Source: an uncultured Candidatus Bathyarchaeia archaeon
GTDB lineage: Archaea; Thermoproteota; CALKCG01; B24
Reading direction: 5' to 3'
Assembly (NCBI GenBank): GCA_964568845.1
Contig: CAZMSC010000003.1
Span: 1,608 to 65,607 of the forward strand
DNA: 64,000 nt
The translations under genes and the position numbers were made by a program. This document shows positions 10,082 to 19,459 of the stretch, in pieces. The stretch's first letter is position 1, and each line of letters starts with the position of its first letter. The notes under the pieces were generated by a model. The model ran no database searches. It was not told the DNA's origin and saw only the letters and a list, made by a program, of their open reading frames with translations.

Positions 10082-10582
10082 TTAATGCTTCTCTCCGCTC
10101 AACTCTCTTATTTTAGCTTCCAGACGATTTACGATCGTTTTATTGTCCTCGTATTGCAGGGATGCTCCGCAGTTGCCGCAGGTGAAGTTCTGTTCAACTG
10201 CTTCTTCAAACGTTAATCTTACACAGCCCTTTGGACATGAGTAGAACTCATGGCTTTTCTCATATTGAAGCCTCTCTTTAAGCCGCTTGAGAAGTTTTCT
10301 CCTTTGATCTTCAAGGTACAGTTCAACCTGCTCAGGTTGAATCATCCACTTAAAGTAGTACCAGCCTGTTTTCTCATCTCTAAACCTCTGAACAGTTACT
10401 ATGGAGTTTTCGGCAAACTGGTATAGGATTCTTCTAACCACGTTCGGTTTTAAGCTTAAAGCTAACGCCAGTTCATCGTCTCTCATACTTCCATTATCCA
10501 TAAGGCATTTGATTATCTTAACTCCATCCCCGCCAGCTACGACCTCGGCAAGCCTATAGAGTAGATTCTCCCATTTAGACAT
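10082..10582 (-). CDS. tfe: Transcription factor E (TFIIE-alpha homologue)
   Basis: wHTH D-ELA..L.L..N.VRRILY, RD..TGWY.F.W, zinc ribbon C---C...FEEA....F.C..CG. Confidence 0.93.
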   Translation of the reverse strand: MSKWENLLYRLAEVVAGGDGVKIIKCLMDNGSMRDDELALALSLKPNVVRRILYQFAENSIVTVQRFRDEKTGWYYFKWMIQPEQVELYLEDQRRKLLKRLKERLQYEKSHEFYSCPKGCVRLTFEEAVEQNFTCGNCGASLQYEDNKTIVNRLEAKIRELSGEKH

Positions 10583-10691
10583 TCATTTACACAATAATTA
10601 TGCGATACAGAGCTCTTTAAGGTTTTAGGTTGTTAAAACCCGTATGATAAAGAATTAAAGTTTATGAGGCCCATCATTACAAGATTCTAAT

Positions 10692-10803
10692 GCGGGGGTG
10701 GCAGAGCTAGGTTAAATGCGCGAGGCTCAAGATCTTAAAAATTGGGAGAAGAAACCTCGTGGGCGTAGGCCCTACGTGGGTTCGAATCCCACCCCCCGCA
10801 CCA
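10692..10803 (+). tRNA. tRNA-Leu(CAA) with 22-nt intron at 37/38 (10732-10753), CCA encoded
   Basis: Acceptor GCGGGGG/CCCCCGC-A-CCA; anticodon stem CGAGG/CCTCG with loop CT-CAA-G^A; long variable arm; GTGGG TTCGAAT CCCAC. Confidence 0.92.
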
Positions 10804-10977
10804 GTTTACCGGTAAATTATAGATACTGGTTTATCTCTTTTTATTTGATGTTGTATGCTTAGAACTAATAGAGACAAGACCGAGGCCATTAAGGATAGAC
10901 CGTCTATGTTTATCTGCCGCTTGGCGCGATGGGGAAAACTTTAAATGGAAAGTATTGGAGGAGACTAGTGAGAGGTA

Positions 10978-11469
10978 ATGTCTACGGTTACGATAACGCT
11001 ACCCAGTAAAGCTTTGGAGGACATTAAGAGGAGGGCGGAATCCGAGGGCAAATCATTGGAGGAATATATAGCTGAAGCCCTTCTCAAGCAACTCAACATA
11101 AAGGATCCGGAAGCCAATGTTGAACTCCACTTAAAACTATGCGAAAAATACTTGGAGGAGGCTGAAAATTTCCTAGCGAAGAAGGATTATGTTCAGGCGT
11201 CGGAGAAGGCGTGGGGTGCTACCTCCCAAATCCTTAAGGCCTCAGTTGCCAGAGAGGGTAGAGAGCTCAGAAGCCACGCGGAATTGTGGGAGTCTACTGA
11301 TGAGCTGGCTGAGAAGTTAGGTGATAAGGAACTAAGACATCTTTGGAGGGCTGCAAATGCCCTCCGCCAGAACTTCTACGAAAACTGGATGCCGGCAAGA
11401 GAAGTTGAACTTTCAGTTAGAGATGTTAAGGCATTTGTGGAGAGATTGAGAGTTGCATTGAAGATTTAA
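10978..11469 (+). CDS. PaREP1-family (HEPN-like) protein with N-terminal ribbon-helix-helix
   Basis: TVTITLP...L..IKRRA..EGKS; KYLEEA..FL.K.DYVQASEKAWGA; NALRQNFYE (the usual His of LH.NFYE is Arg here). Confidence 0.85.
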   Translation: MSTVTITLPSKALEDIKRRAESEGKSLEEYIAEALLKQLNIKDPEANVELHLKLCEKYLEEAENFLAKKDYVQASEKAWGATSQILKASVAREGRELRSHAELWESTDELAEKLGDKELRHLWRAANALRQNFYENWMPAREVELSVRDVKAFVERLRVALKI

Positions 11470-11803
11470 GATGTTACCCGAATACATAGATGAAGCTGAA
11501 AAAGGAAGAGTACACACTCAATTCATTAGACATGGGCTTTCTCGCTTTAGTTTATTAAAGAAGGGTTTTAGAAAATGGGAAGTGGTGGAAAGGTAGACTG
11601 TAGTCTATGGTCATATTTCTCAATCGCATCCATCTCCTCATGGATGTTTTTAGACTCTCCAGGCTTTATTTTAACTTGTTTATTAACGGTTTCCTCAATT
11701 TACACCGATTTTCTACTCAAACTCTTTAATCCCATTCCCTTTCCTTTTAAGATGGAGAACTCTTTTTAATAGATGTCTTCATGATAGTAGTAGAGGGCTT
11801 ACT

Positions 11804-12412
11804 ATGAGCAAGACTTGCAAAAGAAGACTTTATCTCGCGTCAAAATCTGAAAGGAGAATAGAAATTCTCCGGAAACTTGGTTTTGAATTCACAGTATTAG
11901 AGCCTAGGGAATTAGAGGAGCCCCATGGGGATTTTAAGCATTTGGTTGTTTCCAACGCCCTTTCCAAGGCTTGGAGTGTTTCAGATATGGTTGACTATGG
12001 GTGTATAGTTGCGGCTGATACCGTTGTAGTATTGGACGGATGGGTTTTAGGAAAGCCTAAGAATTATGATGATGCTAAACGTATGCTTAAGGCGCTGAGC
12101 GGTAAATGGCATCTAGTCGCCACAGGCCTCGCTGTCGTATTGATTCCAGAGAGACTTCAGTTTACAACAATTGAGGAAACTAGCGTTAAATTTAAAACTT
12201 TAACGGATAGGGAGGTATGGTTCTACCTTTCCACTGGTGAACCTTTTGATAAAGCCGGTGCATACGCTATTCAAGGATATGCAAGCCTATTTGTTGAGAG
12301 AATTGAAGGATGTTTTTTCAACGTAGTAGGTTTACCTGTTAAAGCTCTCTACGAACTGCTTAAGAAAGCTGGAATAGACATGCTCGACTACGTACGTTTA
12401 AGGACTAGTTAG
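11804..12412 (+). CDS. maf: Maf family nucleoside triphosphate pyrophosphatase
   Basis: LAS.S.RR, AADTVV, GKP, DKAGAYAIQG, NVVGLP. Confidence 0.93.
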   Translation: MSKTCKRRLYLASKSERRIEILRKLGFEFTVLEPRELEEPHGDFKHLVVSNALSKAWSVSDMVDYGCIVAADTVVVLDGWVLGKPKNYDDAKRMLKALSGKWHLVATGLAVVLIPERLQFTTIEETSVKFKTLTDREVWFYLSTGEPFDKAGAYAIQGYASLFVERIEGCFFNVVGLPVKALYELLKKAGIDMLDYVRLRTS

Positions 12413-12456
12413 TTTTATGTTTCCTCAACGTTATTTCAATTGGAGGTGTTTACCGC

Positions 12457-13599
12457 TTGGTTTACTTGTACGGTAGGTCGTTTAAGCGGGAAGAATTACT
12501 TAAACACGTAGGGAGCATTGACCAGGTTGGAGGGATTAAGCTTCTAGAGGCGGAAAACGGCATGGAGCATGGTGTTAGAGTCGTTTCCATGAAGACTGGC
12601 GAGGTCGATCTACGTATAGTTGTGGATAGAGGATTAGATATAGCCAATGCCGAGTATAAGGGCGTACCTTTAGCTTGGATAAGTCCAACCGGATTTACCG
12701 CCCCATCATTCTTCGAACCCAAGGGCTTCGGCTGGCTTCGCGGATTCTTCGGAGGGCTTCTTACGACTTGCGGTCTGACGTATCTTGGAGCACCTACTGT
12801 TGATATGGGTGAAGAGCTCGGCCTACACGGCCGTATATCCTATACTCCGGCCGAGCTTACGAGGGTTGAAGGTTACTGGTATGGAGACGATTACTTCATG
12901 GTTGTCGAAGGGTCCTGTAGAGAGACTAGAGTCTTCGGTCCAAACCTCGTTTTGAAGCGTAAGATTGAATCTAAACTCGGAGCTAGAACCGTGGTGGTCG
13001 AAGACCTCGTGGTGAATGAGGGTTGGGATGCTCAGCCTTTAATGGTTCTATACCACTTCAACTTCGGCTTTCCCCTCGTAGATGAATATGCATACTTGGT
13101 TTCAACGTCTAGGCTTTACGTTCCAAGAGATAGGGATGCTGAAGAGGGGGCTGAAAAATACGATAGATTTCAAAGCCCAACTAAAGGCTTTAGGGAGAAG
13201 GTCTACTTCCACGACGTTGCGGTGGATGGTGACGGATACGCGTATGCCGGTGTAGTGAATGAAAAGCTTATGGACGGTTTAGGAGTCTATATAAAGTACA
13301 GAAAGAGCGAACTCAACCGTTTCATAGAGTGGAAGATGATGGGTGAAGGCACCTACGTAGTAGGATTGGAGCCGGCTAACTGTTTAGTCTTAGGTAGAGA
13401 TAAAGAGAGGAGATGGAGTACTCTACAATTCATCCAACCCGGTGAAGAGAGGAGGTTCACCATAGAACTCAACGTATTAGCTGGTTTAGATGAAGTCGGG
13501 AAGTTTCTGGAGAAGGTATATTCGATTACTGGAAGATTTAAACCCGAGATGCTAAAATCTGTAGAAGAGTTTATAGAAGCCACTAAACGGAGGCCTTAA
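12457..13599 (+). CDS. Aldose 1-epimerase-like protein (DUF4432)
   Basis: DRGLDI, GGLLTTCGL, LHGRIS, LYHFNFG, YVVGLEPAN. Confidence 0.85.
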   Translation: MVYLYGRSFKREELLKHVGSIDQVGGIKLLEAENGMEHGVRVVSMKTGEVDLRIVVDRGLDIANAEYKGVPLAWISPTGFTAPSFFEPKGFGWLRGFFGGLLTTCGLTYLGAPTVDMGEELGLHGRISYTPAELTRVEGYWYGDDYFMVVEGSCRETRVFGPNLVLKRKIESKLGARTVVVEDLVVNEGWDAQPLMVLYHFNFGFPLVDEYAYLVSTSRLYVPRDRDAEEGAEKYDRFQSPTKGFREKVYFHDVAVDGDGYAYAGVVNEKLMDGLGVYIKYRKSELNRFIEWKMMGEGTYVVGLEPANCLVLGRDKERRWSTLQFIQPGEERRFTIELNVLAGLDEVGKFLEKVYSITGRFKPEMLKSVEEFIEATKRRP

Positions 13600-13677
13600 A
13601 CCTGAGCGCAGTGAGTGCTAAGCTACTACTATATTATAATAATGTTTTTATTATGTCAAAGCGGAATTATGGTTCGT

Positions 13678-14364
13678 ATGAGCCGTAAGAATAGGTTGTT
13701 TGTATTAACGCATTCAGCAGGGTTTAGACACAGCTACCTGACGACAGCGGTTGAAGTTTTAACCAGACTTGGAGAGAATACTGGGCTTTTCGAAGTATAT
13801 GCGACGGAGGAGTGTTTTGAACTTAACGATAAAATGCTTAGTAGTTGCGCTGCTGTCCTATTCATGACGACTGGTGAACTTCCCGTGAGTGAAGAGCAGA
13901 AGAGCGCTCTGATACGTTTTGTCGAAAACGGTGGAGGATTCATAGGGGTGCATAACGCTACAGACACTTTTTACAAGTTCACAGAGTATGGTAAGATGCT
14001 GGGTGGATACTTCAACGGACATCCATGGACGCAGGAAGTATACGCAATAGTTGAAGATAACACCCATCCTTCGACTAAACACCTCTCCAAGAGGTTTAAA
14101 GTCCTTGAAGAAGTATACACGTTTAGAGATTGGAGTAGGGAGAAGACGCACGTACTCATAAGCCTTGACAACAGCTCCGTAGATTTAAGTAAGGGTACGC
14201 GTTCAGACAACGATTATGCATTAGCCTGGTGCCACAACTACGGCCGGGGAAGAGTATTCTACACAGCCTTCGGACACTTCACACAACTTTGGAGGATGGA
14301 CTACTTTCAGAAACACATACTCGGCGGGATAGCTTGGGTTATGGGCGAGGAGGGCCGCGTTTAA
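13678..14364 (+). CDS. ThuA-like domain protein
   Basis: AGFRHS, GGGFIGVH.ATD, F.GHPW, GRGRVFYTA.GH. Confidence 0.85.
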   Translation: MSRKNRLFVLTHSAGFRHSYLTTAVEVLTRLGENTGLFEVYATEECFELNDKMLSSCAAVLFMTTGELPVSEEQKSALIRFVENGGGFIGVHNATDTFYKFTEYGKMLGGYFNGHPWTQEVYAIVEDNTHPSTKHLSKRFKVLEEVYTFRDWSREKTHVLISLDNSSVDLSKGTRSDNDYALAWCHNYGRGRVFYTAFGHFTQLWRMDYFQKHILGGIAWVMGEEGRV

Positions 14365-14639
14365 CCTCCATGCGAAACCGGTACGAAGACAACTTCATCT
14401 CCATCTTTAAGCTCAGTGTCTAAACCGTTTAAGACTCCAACATCTTTTTGATTGATCAAAGTTAACACTGTTTCCTTAAAACCTTCATCGTTTAGAACTG
14501 CATTTTTAAACCTGGTTTTCCGCTTAACTATCATTCTCAAAAGGTCTCTCAACGTATAGTTTTCCGGGACGTCTACTGTTGTTTCTCCAGATCCATATAG
14601 TCTCGCTAGAAAACCCAGGAATCTAACTCTAACCTTCAT
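14361..14639 (-). CDS. Ubiquitin-like MoaD/ThiS/SAMP protein, Urm1-like (C-terminal HGG)
   Basis: Beta-grasp pattern LIN.KD...L.GLDT.LKDGD.V...P.SHGG. Confidence 0.9.
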   Translation of the reverse strand: MKVRVRFLGFLARLYGSGETTVDVPENYTLRDLLRMIVKRKTRFKNAVLNDEGFKETVLTLINQKDVGVLNGLDTELKDGDEVVFVPVSHGG

Positions 14640-14765
14640 ACATCTACACCTTAAACTGGAGAATTCATAGGGGTCTGAGGAGATACAGCTCATCATTCAA
14701 AGCTGTCTGTGCAGGTCAGTTTCTTCATCCCCGAATTATAGACCTAAACTGCTAGATTTAAACAT

Positions 14766-15170
14766 TCACCTGCCGTATACTTCGAAGATCTTCTCTAAGA
14801 GCTTCTCAGCTATGGATATTTGCTCTCCAACCAATCGGATGAACATCTCCCTTGGAAATGTACGTGCATTATCTATAATGCTTCTTATAGATTTCTCCAT
14901 GGAGGCTAAAGTGGCGATCAAACCGTCATGCGCCTCGGCATTTCCATCGACAACGGCCACTATAGCATTGTAGACCGATGTTGGATCTCCGAGAGCGTAT
15001 AGTACAGCCGTCTGGGCCTTTCTAACGGCTGTTGAGCCCAAGCTTACGTATACTTCTTCACCGGTGAGAAGTTTTAGACACTCGTAGTCTACTTTAGCCT
15101 CTCTAAGATACCTTAGAGACCAGTTTAATCTGTACTCGTCTATGAAGAGCGGGTTGACGGTTATATTCAA
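14766..15170 (-). CDS. Hypothetical helical protein, possibly HEPN-fold
   Basis: W..RYLREAK.DY..L...RKAQ.A..YALG; directly downstream of EF-1beta. Confidence 0.55.
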   Translation of the reverse strand: MNITVNPLFIDEYRLNWSLRYLREAKVDYECLKLLTGEEVYVSLGSTAVRKAQTAVLYALGDPTSVYNAIVAVVDGNAEAHDGLIATLASMEKSIRSIIDNARTFPREMFIRLVGEQISIAEKLLEKIFEVYGR

Positions 15171-15174
15171 AAGC

Positions 15175-15444
15175 TCACCTAGCTCTGCTGACGGATATTA
15201 TTTGAATTTCACTAACACCTTGGGTTGCTCTAATAGCTTCTTCAACCTTGCTCATAACGCCTTCTTCATCAGGCATCGAAACCAACAGTAGGAGGGCGTT
15301 TAAACCGAAGGCTATAGGCTCTTCGCCAACCCCCTCGATTTTAGAGTTTTCAGGTAGATGTTCAGATATGTTTTTTGCAAGCTCTTTTAAATCTAAATCT
15401 ACGCTTTCAGGGAAAATTCTCAGCTTGACTAAAACTCTAGCCAT
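15175..15444 (-). CDS. ef1b: Translation elongation factor 1-beta
   Basis: V.VKL.IFPE....DL..L, EEPIAFGL.AL. Confidence 0.93.
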   Translation of the reverse strand: MARVLVKLRIFPESVDLDLKELAKNISEHLPENSKIEGVGEEPIAFGLNALLLLVSMPDEEGVMSKVEEAIRATQGVSEIQIISVSRAR

Positions 15445-15456
15445 ACGACCACCACT

Positions 15457-15633
15457 CTATGGACCCGTAAAACCACACAGTGGACACTTATAAGGTTTAG
15501 CTAAAACTCTACACTTCTCACAACGCCATATTATGATCCTTCCGCAGCTTGGACACGGAAATTTTACGGCTAAGTCTCCGGGCTTTATAGGCTTATTACA
15601 CCAGAAGCATCTAGGTGTGTCTGATTCGGCCAT
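15457..15633 (-). CDS. Small zinc-finger protein (DUF1610 type), 58 aa, missing from the ORF track
   Basis: Hand translation MAESDTPRCFWCNKPIKPGDLAVKFPCPSCGRIIIWRCEKCRVLAKPYKCPLCGFTGP; usual position upstream of EF-1beta. Confidence 0.92.
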   Translation of the reverse strand: MAESDTPRCFWCNKPIKPGDLAVKFPCPSCGRIIIWRCEKCRVLAKPYKCPLCGFTGP

Positions 15634-15774
15634 GGATCCACCTTCCAGCTGTTAAACAACCAAACACCGTCGTAAATATAAATGTATCTTGTATAGAGCC
15701 TTAAACTGACGACGCTGGAGTATGACGGTTAAATTTAGTCAAGTTTATCTTAAGTTTCACGTCAATTTAAACAG

Positions 15775-16665
15775 GTGTTGTCTATGCGTGTAGTCGGTGG
15801 ACCGAGCTCCATTAAACTTGCGGAGAACATATCTCTAGAGCTTAAAGCACCTCTGATCAAAGCCCAATTTAAACGCTTTCCAGACGGTGAGTTCTACTTC
15901 AGACTATTGGAAGATGTGGAAGGCGAGGACATTTTACTCGTCCAAAGCCTACCTCCGCCTCAAGACCAGCACATAGTCGAGCTCATATATATGCTTGAAA
16001 CTTGCAGAGAACTCGAAGCCAGAAGCATCATCGTCTACGCACCATACCTAGCCTACAGCCGTCAAGACCAGCGGTATCTACCTGGTGAAGCCGTAAGCTC
16101 TAAAATACTCGCAGAGACTATTCAAAGGGCTGGGGCTTCAGAGCTCTACACAGTCGATATACATAATTTAAAAGTCTTAAACTACTACTGTATACCTGCT
16201 TACAACTTAACAGCCGCGGAAGAGATAATAAGATACTTCCTATCGAAGGGTGTTGAAAAGCCTTTAGTCATCGCACCAGACGATGAGGAGGACGCGCTCA
16301 AAAGAGCAGAGGCTGCTGCCAAAATAGCCGGGACAGACTACGATTGGCTTGAGAAGAAGAGGGACAGATACACCGGTGAAATAGCGACGGCTGAAAAAGC
16401 CTTAAACGTCTCAGGGAGAGACGTGGTGATAATAGATGACATCATAAGCACAGGTGGAACAGCTGCCAACGCCGCTAAAATACTCAAAAAGCAAGGTGCT
16501 AGAAGAGTATACGTGGGTGTAACACATGCACTACTAGCTGAAAACGCATTGGAACGCTTAAAAGAGGCGGGGATCGAAGAGGTCGTAGGAACAGACTCAG
16601 TACCTGGACCAGTATCGAAAATAACGACGGCGCCTATAATCGCTAGGAGGCTTAAATCGAGGTAA
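15775..16665 (+). CDS. prs: Ribose-phosphate pyrophosphokinase
   Basis: F.RFPDGE.Y, PYLAYSRQD, VDIH, IIDDIISTGGT. Confidence 0.95.
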   Translation: MLSMRVVGGPSSIKLAENISLELKAPLIKAQFKRFPDGEFYFRLLEDVEGEDILLVQSLPPPQDQHIVELIYMLETCRELEARSIIVYAPYLAYSRQDQRYLPGEAVSSKILAETIQRAGASELYTVDIHNLKVLNYYCIPAYNLTAAEEIIRYFLSKGVEKPLVIAPDDEEDALKRAEAAAKIAGTDYDWLEKKRDRYTGEIATAEKALNVSGRDVVIIDDIISTGGTAANAAKILKKQGARRVYVGVTHALLAENALERLKEAGIEEVVGTDSVPGPVSKITTAPIIARRLKSR

Positions 16666-16844
16666 ACAAGCGCTTTTGAAAAAAACGGCCACTTTTCTCC
16701 CATCATCCCTTACTTTTAAAGCTGAGAATAACCCATCTCTACAAATTACCTACAATAGACCTCCATTTAAACGTCAACATCGCAAATCTTATAACTTCGT
16801 TTAAAGCTTAAACAATAGATAGTATAGCCCTTAGTCTTATCCAA

Positions 16845-16918
16845 GGGCCGGTCGTCCAGTTGGTTAGGATACCCGCCTGACGCGCGGGTGGTCGCAGGTT
16901 CAAGTCCTGCCCGGCCCA
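16845..16918 (+). tRNA. tRNA-Val(GAC)
   Basis: GGGCCGG/CCGGCCC-A; anticodon arm CCCGC CT-GAC-GC GCGGG; GCAGG TTCAAGT CCTGC; CCA not encoded. Confidence 0.95.
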
Positions 16919-16929
16919 CTAAATTTTTA

Positions 16930-17891
16930 CGCTCTTTAATAAGATTTTTGTGGCTGCTCCTTATGTTCTTTTATGGATGTTCTTGGTCTTCTTTCGAGTG
17001 GGTTTGCTTGTTCAAGGCTTTTTAGGGCTGTTAGGTGGCGTGGTGGCGTTTACTGCCCTAAGTGTGGTTCTAGAAGTATTAAGGGTCATGGGGGATATAG
17101 GTGTGGTCTTAAACGCTATTTCTGTAAGTCTTGTAGGAGGACGTTTAACGATAAGACAGGCACCATATTCCACTATTCTAGGCTAAGCCTTAGAGAATGG
17201 TTCATGCTTATGCTTCTCTTCCTGGGGCTCCATAATTCAGGCCTAGGGTTAAGCTGGCTTCTAGATAGAAGCCCCATGACGGTATTCAGGGCTTTAAGGA
17301 AGCTTATGTTGAAGCTTAAGGATGGGAGGGTTGAGTTTAGAGGGGCTGTAGAGGTCGATGAATTATACGTTAATGCCGGCTTGAAGGGTAGGAATAATAG
17401 TATACGCATTAAGCATCTTGGTAGAGAGCCTAGGCGTAGAGCTTTTAGGAGGCGTGGAAGAGGTTCATGGATTTATGATAAGCCAGCAGTATTCATCCTC
17501 GTTGGTAGAGGAGGAGGTGAAGACTATGTTCCATCAAGTAGCGTTGAGGCTGAAGCAGCCATCAAGATTGTAGGTAGACGTATCCGGAAGGACTCAACAA
17601 TATACACGGATAACTTTAAATCATACTTAGGCTTAAGCGGATTAGGCTATATGCATGAATACGTAAACCATTCAGAAGGAGAATGCCACATAAACAACTG
17701 CGAGAATAGAGCATCGATTCTTAGACCATGGCTATCCATCCATAGAGGAATATGCAAAGATAACCTGAAACCATATCTAGCAGCATTTAAGACATGCAGA
17801 AGATCAAGAAACGCAAACCCAATACAAGCAACAATAGAAATCATAAAAACAATTTATATAATAACAGCCACAACATTTTTAGTAAAGAGCG
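16930..17891 (+). mobile_element. IS1595-family insertion sequence, ISH4-like subgroup, 962 bp
   Basis: Terminal inverted repeats of 27 bp, 23 matching: left 16930-16956 CGCTCTTTAATAAGATTTTTGTGGCTG, right 17865-17891 reverse complement CGCTCTTTACTAAAAATGTTGTGGCTG. CGCTCTT ends are typical of the ISH4 group. Confidence 0.9.
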
Positions 17892-17899
17892 AAATATAA
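16973..17899 (+). CDS. IS1595/ISXO2-like DDE transposase
   Basis: Zinc ribbon CPKCGS...CKSC..TF...TGTIF, catalytic VEVDELYV, YTD...Y, H..VNH, HIN..E. Confidence 0.92.
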   Translation: MDVLGLLSSGFACSRLFRAVRWRGGVYCPKCGSRSIKGHGGYRCGLKRYFCKSCRRTFNDKTGTIFHYSRLSLREWFMLMLLFLGLHNSGLGLSWLLDRSPMTVFRALRKLMLKLKDGRVEFRGAVEVDELYVNAGLKGRNNSIRIKHLGREPRRRAFRRRGRGSWIYDKPAVFILVGRGGGEDYVPSSSVEAEAAIKIVGRRIRKDSTIYTDNFKSYLGLSGLGYMHEYVNHSEGECHINNCENRASILRPWLSIHRGICKDNLKPYLAAFKTCRRSRNANPIQATIEIIKTIYIITATTFLVKSEI

Positions 17900-17923
17900 A
17901 TATTAGTTTTCTGATACGCTAAA

Positions 17924-18295
17924 ATGAGCGCTATGAGAAAGGAAGTCAGATACAAGGATATGGGAGACACAATTTTACTAAAGGTCTTTGGCTACTCTCC
18001 GAAGCTTAGGATACTGGACATATTCTTAACATGCCCCTACTTCGACTTCGCAAAAGAGGAATTGGTAGAAGAGCTTGGAATGAGCAAGCAAACCCTCTAC
18101 AAGAACTTCAAGGATTTGGAAGAGCTGGGAGTGGTCAAGCCAACGAGGAAAATAGGGAGAGCTACTCTATACAGAATAAATAGGGAGCACCCATTAGTTA
18201 AGAAATTGGATGAAATGATAAACGAGATATCGTTACAAATAGCTGAGAAAGAGGCGGAGAAGCAAGCACAAGCTGTTCCTGTAAGTAAGAAGTAA
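17924..18295 (+). CDS. Winged helix-turn-helix protein
   Basis: FG.SPKLRILD.FL, EL..ELGMSKQTLYK....LEE.GVV..TRKIGRA.LY. Confidence 0.85.
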   Translation: MSAMRKEVRYKDMGDTILLKVFGYSPKLRILDIFLTCPYFDFAKEELVEELGMSKQTLYKNFKDLEELGVVKPTRKIGRATLYRINREHPLVKKLDEMINEISLQIAEKEAEKQAQAVPVSKK

Positions 18296-18494
18296 ATGGA
18301 TGATTTGAGTTTTCTCTCTCACTCTCATTTCCGCTAATCTTCATTTAATGTAAAAAAAAAAGTTAACGATAGTGCCAAAAATTTAAACTCTAAATTCTAA
18401 ATATATTAGCGAGAGGAAAGAGAGTAGTTGCATTGGAGAAATAGTACTTTTTCATGAAGACTCAGGATGTCGAGTCGAGCTACTTTCCCTCAAA

Positions 18495-18764
18495 ATGAGA
18501 AGGGAAAAGCGTTGGAAGCTCAAGCTAGTTACATTCTTAATAGTTTTCACTTATCTTCTCTATCTAGTCTTTACGTTCACCTATGAATCTCTTTTATTCC
18601 AATATGAAGTCTCATGCAGAACTTGGTTTAAGCCTTGTAAAGAATATGCTGCTCAACCTCTAGAAGTGAATAAGGTAATGGGTTTGCTTGAGATAAGAGG
18701 CATTCTTTCAATTTTAGCTCTAATCGCATGGATTGGAGTTAGCAGGTATGTAGGATTGGTATGA
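18495..18764 (+). CDS. Small hypothetical membrane protein (2 TM)
   Basis: Basic N-terminus and two hydrophobic stretches. Confidence 0.5.
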   Translation: MRREKRWKLKLVTFLIVFTYLLYLVFTFTYESLLFQYEVSCRTWFKPCKEYAAQPLEVNKVMGLLEIRGILSILALIAWIGVSRYVGLV

Positions 18765-19000
18765 GAAAAATTCCCATCAAAATGCTGTTGAAGTATAGCG
18801 GTTTGGGTTTGCTGTTAGCCGTAATTATTTACTCTTCTCAAAAGGGATTTTGACATTCCTTCGATCAGCTTATAGGTAAACTCGTTGACCTCGACCCAGC
18901 TCAAATAGTTAAGCCACCTAAGGGCTTAGAGGTCGGATATGTGCCAATTGCTACCCGCCAAGAATTAAGCGGGAGGAAACCCAAGGAAGGCAAGAAATGA
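18761..19000 (+). pseudogene. Gene fragments: a 30-aa signal-like ORF (18761-18853) and an orphan C-terminal fragment (18863-19000)
   Basis: MRKIPIKMLLKYSGLGLLLAVIIYSSQKGF*, then DQLIGKLVDLDPAQIVKPPKGLEVGYVPIATRQELSGRKPKEGKK* with no start codon at its 5' end. Confidence 0.35.
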
Positions 19001-19159
19001 AAAGAAATTAAGGATAATGCCTGCCCTCTGCGCAGAAAGATTGAGGGTAAATATAATACCGACGGTTAAAGGTGGAAATTTAAGTAATCCATGTTTTCCA
19101 TAAAACCTTTCCCGCAAGGTTAACCTTAATATCACAGTTTTGGACTAGCTAACTTAGAC

Positions 19160-19459
19160 TTGAACAGTCATTTGTACATACTCGGAAGGCTTAGACGATA
19201 TTTTGAAAGCATCAGCCAAGAAGAGTGCTCTTCGAGGCCTAACTATGTTGCTATCGCTAGAGTTAAGCGCGACTCTATCGAGCTTGTTGCTGATAAGCTT
19301 AAGGAAAACTGTGACGGCTTGAAGGTTTTAGAGAGCACTGTATTTAAGTGTCTTAAAGGTAGAGGTCTTCTCACTTTTCTCATGAAAAGTGGTAGGATTG
19401 TTATCGAAGCTCCAAATGAAGATGAAGCTTTACATATTCTTGAAGAAATATTCGAATGA
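19160..19459 (+). CDS. Hypothetical alpha/beta protein
   Basis: C-terminal LTFLMKSGRIVIE.....EAL.IL pattern; start uncertain. Confidence 0.5.
   Translation: MNSHLYILGRLRRYFESISQEECSSRPNYVAIARVKRDSIELVADKLKENCDGLKVLESTVFKCLKGRGLLTFLMKSGRIVIEAPNEDEALHILEEIFE

Noticed and set aside
11575..11769. 64-aa ORF (likewise 52105-52308 and 48147-48359)
   Set aside because: Atypical composition and no motifs; probably non-coding spacer or debris.
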